Assembly (NCBI GenBank): GCA_012295275.1
Contig: CM022679.1
Span: 9,796,001-9,860,000, forward strand
Direction: 5' to 3'
DNA length: 64,000 nucleotides
Source: Chrysomallon squamiferum
Lineage: Eukaryota > Animalia > Mollusca
In this document: piece after piece, positions 14,326-24,914 of the stretch
Layout of the letters: the number at the start of each line of letters is the position of its first letter
Position numbering within the stretch: position 1 is the stretch's first letter
The notes under the pieces: model-generated
Seen by the model: only the letters and a program-made list of their open reading frames with translations
Databases searched by the model: none
Told to the model about the DNA's origin: nothing
Made by a program: the position numbers and the translations under genes

Positions 14326-14612
14326 ATTACATATATACACACACACAGACAGCTGTAACAAATTTTAAATAGCATTAGTCAGTTTTTTTTTTGTTTTTTT
14401 GTGCTTAGGTCTCATTTTACTTCTTGACTTGAAAAATGCTTGAGCGAATAACTTTGTCTGAACTGACCAGGCCTTCCTCTGTCATTCAACTTTTAACTAA
14501 TTTTACAGATATTGTCTTCCAAATATTCAGCTCACAACTATCACTGTATCAGTCCATGGAATAATGACAGTTGATACGTCAGTGATAAGAACAATGCAGC
14601 CATGTTGATTTG

Positions 14613-17600
14613 TCAGTCCAGGAAAAAAACATTGTTCAAATGCATTGAACATAACTTCTTTACCTCTTCTGAAAAACCAAAAACAAAAAAATGAGAGTTA
14701 AATACACATATTAAGAGTTATTTAGTTCCTGTAAATTACAGGATTGTGGTGGATTAACATTAAATTCTTTATCTTTGAGTGTATATGATAATGAAATATT
14801 TATTCTGTTCAACAGAAAAAATGGCAAAGAAATTAAAGACTGGCATAATGTCTGCATTAATTAAATCAATTTTATGTCAAAATAAGGCACATTCTGATGC
14901 ATAGCTGTTAACAGAAATCAATTTTTAAGATAGGTAGATACAAATGTATTAAAATATACAAGTAGACATAATAATATATTTTCATTTAACAAACTGAACT
15001 GTTTACACAGACCCTAACAACAGAGCCATACACAATTAACAGATGAACACCTGGATACCTGAACAGCTGTATGGTTAAATAAAATAATACAACTGACTTG
15101 AGAATGAATTTATCTAGAAGAGAATGATGGCAAAACTTATGAAATGGGACTTGGGCATTTTAAGGAAAATTATCCCATTTAAAATGGTGTTTAACACGCT
15201 CTTCATGGTTAAGAATAATTTTTAAATTGTCAAAAATATTAGTAGTAAAATTAGGTGATGCATTTTAAAACTATGTAGCAATCTCTGAAATTTCTATTAT
15301 GATTCACCATTCACAATTCATGTCATGAAACTTGAAGAAAAAAAAACTACCCTCAAATGTGTATCCCCCTCTCTATGTATATGGATTCACATAAAAACAA
15401 AAACAGGCTGATTGTTATCTGTATGTTTATTTAGTTGAAACAGGAGACTAAATAACACCTACCATTAATGTCAATAAGATTAGCATTCTTCTGATTAATG
15501 ACAACATAAAATTCCCTCTGGTCTGATTTCTTCCCAACCACCCAGTAGTCAGACGCTGTTTTCACTACTGTTTCACCATCTTCATTATCCCTGAAATAAA
15601 AATTCAAGCATTTTAAAACACAGTTTCTCTGTAAAACTTATCATCAGTAACTGATCACCCAAAACAAAAAACAAAACAACCTGAAAGTTTAGTTAATTTA
15701 CTTATTATGTCTTTTACTCGTTTTAAAACAAATGCATTATTTAAACAAAACATTTCACAGCATTAAAATAACTTCAGAACAGAAATGTTTTCGTTACTGA
15801 CAAAACAAAAGACATGACTGAAGAATATAAATGATTATTAAATGTTAATTCTGTACCTGGTTAAGATCTGCGTTGATGTCTGCCAGCAGTCTCAGTGTGT
15901 CCTGGGGTATGTTCACACCTGTCAGTTTTCTGACATCTACATGTACAGTGGTCTTCTCTGCCAGGTTCATATGATTAAAATAAATGTATTTAAACTGTGG
16001 ATCTGAGGCACTGTGAAATGAAAACAACCATATTGTATTTAGACAGAAATTTACAGTGTAAAGAAAAAAGCAAAACAAATCTAAATCTCAATTAAAGAAA
16101 CATGTGAATGAAATATATATATCATTATTATTCTAAAAGATTGTTAAGCATATATATCTTTCTTTTTCATTCTGCTATCTTATGCAGTCTTTTTTATTAG
16201 CATATTATTTTTAAAACTTTAAGAGCATCAAAACATGGAGATAATTTATATTACATTTTTAGTTTAAGTTCAACACTCTGCTACTGAACAATGTCCTAAT
16301 ACCTGATTTCTTTTATAGATTTTGGTCCAAAAAATAAATAAATAGAATAAAAAGTAAAATGGGTACATTATCTGACTTACTTTAAAGCCATTGATTTCTT
16401 GGAATAAACTTCACTAATGTCTGAAGCTAGTTTGCTCATCTGAGATGCTAGAAAACCATCCAGTTTACGACAGAGGTCAAATGTCACAGGATATTTAACT
16501 GAAAATGTAAATATAATAATCTTTTTAAAAATGTACCTAAAAAGCCCCCCAAAAACTTAATAAATGGACATCAGTATCAAAACCAAATATATATATATAG
16601 ACACCAAGCATATATTATACACACCTATTTTATATAATTATATATATCTACGCATACATCACAGATATTTAAATGAATATAGTAATCTGAACACAATTGT
16701 ATACTAAAATTGAATATTTATATAAATGGATATCAGTATCAAAACTATATATATGCAAACACTGACATTATTTCAGTTATATTTATGGAGTTTACTACAA
16801 ATTACTATTAAACACACATACAGTTTACTACAAACCACTTAATATTTACACTGCATATGAAATACTTTCTATAGAGACATACATGCATCATTTATTAGCA
16901 TAACAAGTTTAATACAAATCACTTAATATTTACACGATTTATGAAATACTGAAGTATTAGACACATACACTTATCAGAAATTAGAGCTTACTACAAATCA
17001 CTTAATATTTACACTATTTATGAAATACTGACGTACTAGACACACATACCATTAATTAACATACAGATACTGGCACTGAGAGCTCGGTAAACCAGCAGCT
17101 GACATTCTTCATTGTCTTCTTCTGTGTTGATGTAAACTCTCGGAATCTTCTTCACATTTCCGTCTTCCTTCAAGTTAACTGGACCAGTTACAAACCTGAA
17201 GTATTGTGTAAAAGCAGAAAGCTGGTTAAAAAAAAAAAAGCATGTTTATTATGTAAATATTCTTTAACTTCCATAATACTGCACAAGATATCCATTAAAG
17301 TCTTGACTTCATAGGACATCTGCACTCCATGTAGGTAATGGCAGTCTAATTACCAGTCTAAGTACATGACTACAAAAAGAGCAGATTTAGAAACTACATT
17401 TTAAAAATTAATAATAAATATATAATCTATAGCATCTTTTCTATTTTCTACATTTAGGTGATTCTATGTTCTTGTTTTCTGATCAGTGATGAATGGATAG
17501 TGTTAAAAATTATCTACATCATCTACTTGTTAATTAAAACTGATTTTACAGATATACTCATGAAAGCATACATCTGAAGGATCATTTTATTTTTATTGCA

Positions 17601-20600
17601 TGTGCTCTACAATGCACAGACAAACATTAGAATTAAAACCAAACTTTTTAAATCAGATTACATCAAATTATAATTAATATATTAATACAACTAAGTGTGC
17701 ATATTTTTACTTTTTATTACTATTATTTGTTCTGTATTTTGTATTTTTGTTCTTGTTGCCTGTTTTAGAAAAATAAAATCTAGACTGTAATAAAGAGTGT
17801 TAAGAACAACTGCTTACTTTGCAAAATACGAGGACCCTTGCAAAGCTCCGCCAGAGCGGGTTTGTCCACACTGAAGTTCACTTTCCATGTGTGTGGGAAA
17901 CAGACTGGTTGTGAGATATTTGTACATGATCCTCATATCATCTTGTTCTAGACCACTCCTACAATAAAACCATCAAATATCAGCTTTCTTACAAACATTC
18001 CTACAATAAAAACATTAAATATCAGCTTTCTCACAAACACTCTTACAATAAAACCATTAAATATCAGCTTTCTCACAAACACTCCTACAATAAAACCATT
18101 AAATATCAGCTTTCTTACAAACACTCCTACATCAAATATCAGCTTTCTCACAAACACTCCTACATTAAATATCAGCTTTCTCACAAACACTCCTACATTA
18201 AATATTAGCTTTCTCACCAACACTCCTACATTAAATATCAGCTTTCTCACAAACACTCCTACATTAAATATCAGCTTTCTCAAACACTCCTTCAATAAAA
18301 ACATCAAATATCAGCTTTCTCACAAACACTCCTACAATAAAAACATCAAAAATCAGCTTTCTCAGAAACACTCCTACAATAAAAACATCAAATATCAGCT
18401 TTCTCACAAACACTCTTACAATAAAAACATTAAATATCAGCTTTCTCACAGACTCCTAGAACAAAAACACTAAATACTATCTTTCTCAAAGAGTCTTGTA
18501 GGAAAACATTCTGACCAATTTTTTTGAGGCTGAGATAATTAGCAATACACCCATTATTTACTATACTTACCAGACAAGCTGATCACTGTAAAGAAATGCT
18601 GTGTATTTAATGATTGGAAAAGCTGCCTCGAGTTGATTAATGAAACACTGAATCCTTAAGTATGTGTTCTTGTCCAGAGGAAGGAAGTGAATTCCATTAA
18701 ACACATCCAGAATGTCACTCTGGGGCATCCTCAATGTCATCAGATACTGGAGAAAAAAACAAAATATACATAGTCAGTTCAGCTGTTTTATTTTAAATAA
18801 TTTAGATCTGCGGCCAATTCCTAAATATGTTTTAATCTGAATTCCATTTCAAAGGTTATCCACTGGTAATTAAATCTTAAAAACCTCAATGAAAATTAAT
18901 TGATATTGTTTATTATTGTAGGTTTTTTTGGTGGCAGTTGGAGGTTAAATTTGTATCTTTTTTTTTTGTGGGGTTTTTTTCAATATTAGATATCTTTAAA
19001 TAAAGGAACAATGTAAAAAACACTACATACATAATATGTGTATGTGTTTGTGTGTGTGTGTGTGTGTTTTGCTTTGTGTACACCACATATAGTTAATTGT
19101 TGTTGTGTTGTTGATCTTTTAATTTTAACAAAATAAAAATTATAATCTCAAATTTTTTAGGTAAAATTTATTTATTTACCCTTTCATAAAAATGTTCCAG
19201 TCGCTGTTTGAGAATCTGTATGTCACCATTAGCTCTCTGAAGAATGTTATCAAATGTTCCATTAAAAAGCTGAAAAATATTTACAGAACAAAATTATTAT
19301 GAATATTAATAAAGTTTTATTTTTTAAATAATCTAGTTCATCTTCAGCTATGGAATCCTCTGATTATATCAAATGTTTTATTTTTAAATCAATCCATAGT
19401 ATAGGGGGTTAATGAAACAAACATTTCAAAGTATTTTTTCACAAACCTCTTTTAAATACAAGATATTTCAATGGGGATTTTATCACAAAACGTTTTTGTT
19501 ATTATTATTATTTTTTTTTTTTTAGAAACAGTTTTAAATACAAGACATTTGTGAAAGAATTTTTCACCAACATATTTAAATATAACTGATTTCAAAGTAT
19601 CTTCCATTCAGACATTTTTAAATACAAATCATTTCAATCTTTTTTTTCACATTTCAAAGCATTTTTTCATAAATTATTTTAATATAAAATATTTCAATGG
19701 GTTTATTTTCAAAGCTTTTTTCATAAATTGTTTTAATACAAAACATGTCAATGGTTTTTATCACAAGACTTTTCAAAGTTTTTTTCACAAACTTGAAACA
19801 TTCTGTAGGCCTGTTTGAGTACAGCAGCAAATACTGAATCTTGTACATCATCTTCTCTGTATTCTGCATAGGTGTGACCATCTTTAACCTTCTCACTAAA
19901 TGGAATGGATACTGTCTGCAATGAAATTAATACAATACAAATTATCTATCATTAGAGTCAAACAGTGGCACAAAGAGAATAAATATTTTTGTTTTTATCA
20001 TTATCTTACATACAATTTTTTGCTCAGTCGAATGAATGCTTTTAAGAGCCACTATAGAAGTCAAAATACAAGGAGTTCTAAAGGAATATCTAGGGTTTCA
20101 TTTCATGAAGTGATGAAAGAATATCTGCTGTTTCATATCGTATGAAGTTTAAGCATATCCACAATAATGCTAGGTGTGCCAAATTCAGATATTCTGCTGC
20201 TTGCTACTCATCTCAGTTATAAAGAGTTTAAAAACAGAAATGAAATTGTTCTTTAACCTTAAGTTGAAATATATCAGACTGATTTCATACATCGATTTTA
20301 AAATGAATTAGCATGAAAGTTAATTTAAAACATGCATGAAGCTTGGTTTTCTTTTTATAAAATATTTAAAATAATATGTAGTTGTCAGCTACTATCAGTT
20401 TCAGTTAATTAAAGTTTGTTGTAATAATTAGAAATCTCTGAAGTCCTAAGGTGATTTCCTATGCATTCTGGCAAAATCAGTGAATATGTTCAATTTACTG
20501 TAAGTCAGTTAATATAGTAACAATGACGATTATAACTTAAATTCGTTAAAAGCTAAATTAACAAACCATGGCCATCCAGAATTCTGGTTCTGGCTCAAGA

Positions 20601-22439
20601 AAGAGCTGTCTTGTCTTCTGTGTGTGTACACTTTCACACGGTTTGTCAGAAAATGTTCTAAAATGCAATTTAAAAAAAAACAAATAACATTTATATTAAA
20701 AAAATATATATATATATATCCATATTTGCTTCTTTTTTTTTTTGATGGAATAAATGGATTTTTTATAAATTATAAATTTTATTTTTGTATGTAAAATTAA
20801 ATAATTTTAGGTTATAAAAATAATACAAAACAAAAAAAAATGACAAAGATGGTGTATAAATATTAAAATAATACTCTTGATAAACTGATTCTGCTAAATT
20901 TATTACCATTTTTCTTTGAAAGGTGAATAGTTCACTCAAATAGTTAATGAAATTATTTTTCATTTGTTAACTGATGATTGTTTATAGTACAATTATGTTA
21001 CTGACAGAAAATGTGCTGTCTACCTTTAATACAAAACATAGAGAAATGAAGCAATATTTGAAAGTAATACATGTTTTACCAAACATTCTCTTTATGTAAT
21101 AATGCATGAAACATCCATTAGTTCGTGACTGCAAAACAATTCACTTCTAGTCTGCTTTTTTAAAATTATTTTTCTTACAATCTTTATTCTGAAATAGCAA
21201 ACTCCTGTCATTAGCTTACTCTGAAAATTTCACAATGGCTTCACTCAGACCAATATTCTTTATCTGACTGTCAATGTCTGTGGTCTTTGGATAGTAGAAC
21301 ATAATCTTTTTTTCCTCCTGAAACAAAAATTTGGCAAATAATTAACATCTATCTCTTGAATTTAACAATATAACTATGGAACAATATTTGTTAAATATAT
21401 AATTAAAGATGAATAAAAAAGTTAACAGTATAGTTTAAAAAAGAAAACTGAAAAAAAAAAAAAAAAACCCCATTCTGCCTCACATAAACATGATCTAGTT
21501 CTGACAGTTTATATTTTGCTTGCATATTAACTGACCATGCTGACTGAAGCTTTTCTGCCACAGTATTTAGAATGAGTTATGTGTCAATCAAACATTTTCT
21601 CCAAGGGGTAGAGTTTGAAAAATGTTTGAAAGCCTCTGATCTAGCCTGTTGGTTTGTCTGGCTTATATAATATTTCTTTAATATATATTTTTTTTCCATA
21701 CTAGGCTTCTGTGGTGAATTTTTATACTGTTTGATTCTGGTTTGATTGTTGACCAGTAGATTTTCAACTGATAATTAAAACCGAACTTTCTGTCTAAAAT
21801 TACTATCTAACATGTATTTGTGTTTCTAGTGACATTTAATGAAGTTTGTAACTATATTAAAGTGAATGATTTAGTTTTATATGTCAGAGATTTAAGAATG
21901 GCACTATGTTCACTGATCTTAATAATAAATAAATGATCGGAATAAATGGAACTGAACAGCAAATGGTGTTAGTTTCCCATCTGAACCACACAGTTACACA
22001 TTCACAATATTTAAATTGTTTTGTCCTGTAAATGTACCTAAATATTTCAGTGAAAGAAAAATGCAAGTGAAAATATTTGAAAGAAAAAGAAAAGGATGAG
22101 GTTATAATATTCATAATAATTATAATTTGCAGTTTAATCCATCTTTACTCCTTTAGACTTTAGCCTTAGGAAATTAGGTATATCAGAATCACTCTAAGAC
22201 TGTGCCTCGTTATTGCGCTTTGTTGTATGGTGCTGGTACGAATGTAAATATGTCTAAGATCAATGGAGCTTGTCGAATTAAACGACAAACCTAAACTGCA
22301 AATTACCGAAGAAAAAATCATTGATATACTCATAATACTGCATTAAAACACGACAAATTACCTCCCCTTCTCTTGGACCATATTTAGGATTAAAAATAAA
22401 GAAATTTAACAGTGTTGAAGAAGAAGCCCTGTTACTCAT
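14613..22439 (-). CDS. CCZ1: Vacuolar fusion protein CCZ1 homolog (Mon1-Ccz1 Rab7 GEF subunit), 12 coding exons, ~465 aa
   Basis: Exons: 22362-22439, 21220-21317, 20567-20657, 19793-19915, 19180-19269, 18571-18746, 17818-17958, 17050-17195, 16381-16498, 15857-16010, 15463-15590, 14613-14668; all GT-AG. Translation contains CCZ1 motifs FFIFNPKYGPREGEEEKKIMFYYP, IGLSEAIVKF, LPLDKNTYLRIQ, WSGLEQDDMR, PQFKYIYFNHMNLAEK, SDYWVVGKKSDQRE and C-terminal NNVFFLD*. One 1-nt phase conflict at the exon 10/11 junction (see findings). Confidence 0.95.
16790..17049. repeat. Degenerate 60-85 bp tandem repeat in CCZ1 intron 8, starting at the donor
   Basis: caaatcacttaatatttacac...atgaaatact...acatac recurs 3-4 times. 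Confidence 0.8.
17954..18490. repeat. 42/33-bp minisatellite in CCZ1 intron 6 overlapping the exon 7 acceptor
   Basis: About 13-14 units of cactcctac(aataaaaac)atYaaatatcagctttctcacaaa. Confidence 0.95.
19420..19792. repeat. Degenerate tandem repeat in CCZ1 intron 4 adjoining the exon 4 donor
   Basis: Recurrent tttcaaag..tttttca(c/t)aaa and tttaaatacaa..atttcaatgg blocks. Confidence 0.65.
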
Positions 22440-22664
22440 GGTATATCGTCGGTTTAGGTGGTCCAGCTGGTTCACTTGTCAACATATAATATCCACTTAA
22501 TACTAATATAACTTAAAATCTCCATTGCTCTTTCAAAACGAAAGCTACTCCCATCATCTGCAATAACATTAAAAGCAGCGCCACCATCTAATAAAATTGG
22601 CGAGTAATGGCTGTTTGTCCGGATATCACAGACCTGAGTATGAGCTATTTGACCGGACTGAAAC

Positions 22665-22710
22665 AAACAAAAACTGACTTCTTTCGTCAAAAAGAAATCA
22701 GTTTTTGTTT
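22665..22710. repeat. 20-bp inverted repeat with 6-nt loop upstream of CCZ1
   Basis: aaacaaaaactgacttcttt-cgtcaa-aaagaaatcagtttttgttt; one mismatch. Confidence 0.85.
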
Positions 22711-23698
22711 TATTTGGTTTTTATGCTCTCTAGCAAACTGAACAATATAAACTATTGAACTTTATATTATTATAAAAATGTGTTTCGTTTATTAAATTAA
22801 TTAATCATTTTAATTTAATTTCCAAGAAAGAGCTGGTCATGTTAACATATTAATAACTTAAAAATAAATCTAATTAATGTTTCAATATAAATAATCTTTC
22901 ATTCAAAAATATCGTAAAAGCTAAATAAATATTTGTAACAGAAAATAGATCATGGATTTATAATGCTAAAAATGCTTTTGAAGTACCTTTCTTTAAAAAG
23001 TATACTCAGGTTTGCTAAAACAATTTCGAGATTCAGTTAGGTATATTATTATTATTATTATTATTATTATTTTTTGGTGTTGTTGTTGCTGTTATTGCTG
23101 CTGCTGCTGTTGACAGTGATGCATATTAACTTGTTAAAGGAACAAAATGAAACCATTATGTACTGATGTGAATATTGCTGATATTCATCATCAGTCAAAT
23201 ATAAAACAAGGCTGCATAACCAATGATTTTAATAACTATGTATTTAATTTGCTATACTAATGAATATACATGTATATATTTGTTTGTATAGAAGATAATT
23301 AGTCAAGACAACTGACAAAACATTATTTATTAATTCACGTGACCATCCCAGGTGCACAACCCTGAACCGTATATTACATATGTTTTTCATTCGGCTATGG
23401 TACTAAAATATCTTCTTCTTTTCTTATCCCCAACCCCCACACTTTTAATAAGAACTTAATTTGTGAATTAACAGAAATGAATCGTTTGGTAGTTATAATT
23501 AAAAATTTGAAAAGTATGTATCATACAATGCTAAATTTGTTATTTATTTATTTAAATGAGTTATTTTAAAATGTTATTTAATATAAATATTTATATTATG
23601 TGTATTTAAATCACACCGTAATCACTCACTTAGCCATATATCCATCCGCCATACATTGTCTTCTCTAACTATTTCTCCTCTATTTATTTAATAACCAC

Positions 23699-23743
<45 letters not shown>

Positions 23744-23899
23744 ATCTTTAATGTCGTACACCATAATAAATATTTATTAAATTCAAATATAATAATTTAG
23801 AATGGTTAAGTAGAAACGTTAGATCAGCGTTTAACAAAACAAACAAACAAAAAAAAAAAAAAAAAATGGGCACATATATAAAATGTCGTGCCCAGTATG

Positions 23900-23970
23900 C
23901 CAATGACGTCATATTTATACTCCCAAACAACCGGAAGTACTGGAAATCACATACAGTAAAATGGCGTGAA
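23900..23970 (+). promoter_or_regulatory. Housekeeping-type promoter motif cluster (CCAAT, CRE, ETS, YY1)
   Basis: ccaat 23900-04, tgacgtca 23904-11, ccggaagt 23931-38, aaaatggcg 23958-66, all within 70 bp of otherwise AT-rich DNA. Confidence 0.55.
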
Positions 23971-24832
23971 GTACGGAATTTTATTTCTTTTCTTGGAATT
24001 ATGCTTTTTTTTCTAATTTATTTTTAATGCTTTACTTGAATTATCGAAGCAAATGCACTTCATTTTATTATGCTACAGATAAACAAACATAATTACATTT
24101 CTTACTATGTTTAAACAGGTAGTAAAATATTTGCAATCGATAATTTTTTTTATTATTATTATTTATTTTATTTGGTTTTTTTTTTTCAGATCAACACATT
24201 ATAAAACTAACAACTGCTTTTATTGCATAAGTTCATTATATGTTAACAATAATAATAAAAGTATCGTACAATTTTGATATTTTAAAAAAAAAGTAATAAT
24301 AATAATATTAAAGAAAATTTAAAAGAAAAGTGAGAATAAAGGTTATTTTTGTACTCCTTGTTCGTAAAAGTTTTATTCATTATTTTTCTATTTCCACGGT
24401 ATTTATTTATTTATTGCTACTGCTAACGGATGTATAAAATGGTCATATAAAACTCAATATAACCACCTTCTTTTTCAAACTCATAAAAACAACCAATTTT
24501 TCCAAGCTATCATTTCTAAATTGAAAAAATTTACTACAAACATCAGTCTGCTGACAAGGGATAGACATAAACTGTCAGAATACGTTTTACCGACTTTATT
24601 TTGAAAAATATGGAAACAAAAGAAACCAGCCAGTTTGTTATAATTATTTCTAATTTTTTAATTTAACAATTACTGAACATTCATTACGTTCAATGAGGTT
24701 CGTTGCTAGTTATTGCAAGGATGTTTAGCAAATTGTTAAAATTAATAATATTATGACATAGTACATCATACAAAAAAAATGTTGAAACAAAACAAAACAA
24801 AAATAACAATATAGATAAAGGAAAAATACTGA

Positions 24833-24914
24833 CGTCGCCGACAGGATTCGAACCTGTGCGGGGAAACCCCAATGGATTTCGAGTCCATCGCCTTAACCAC
24901 TCGGCCACGACGAC
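24833..24914 (-). tRNA. tRNA-Ser (anticodon CGA), 82 nt, long variable arm
   Basis: GTCGTCGTGGCCGAGTGGTTAAGGCGATGGACT-CGA-AATCCATTGGGGTTTCCCCGCACAGGTTCGAATCCTGTCGGCGACG. Stems pair, A and B boxes are intact, and a TTTTT Pol III terminator lies a few nt downstream (24822-26). Confidence 0.97.

Noticed and set aside
17948-18449. 119-aa and 61-aa repetitive ORFs (VRKLIFNVGVF)
   Set aside because: By-product of 33/42-bp repeat units; not in the CCZ1 reading frame.
17954-18490. CRISPR-like appearance of regular repeats (also 4352-4825)
   Set aside because: Head-to-tail units without unique spacers, eukaryotic context, no cas genes.
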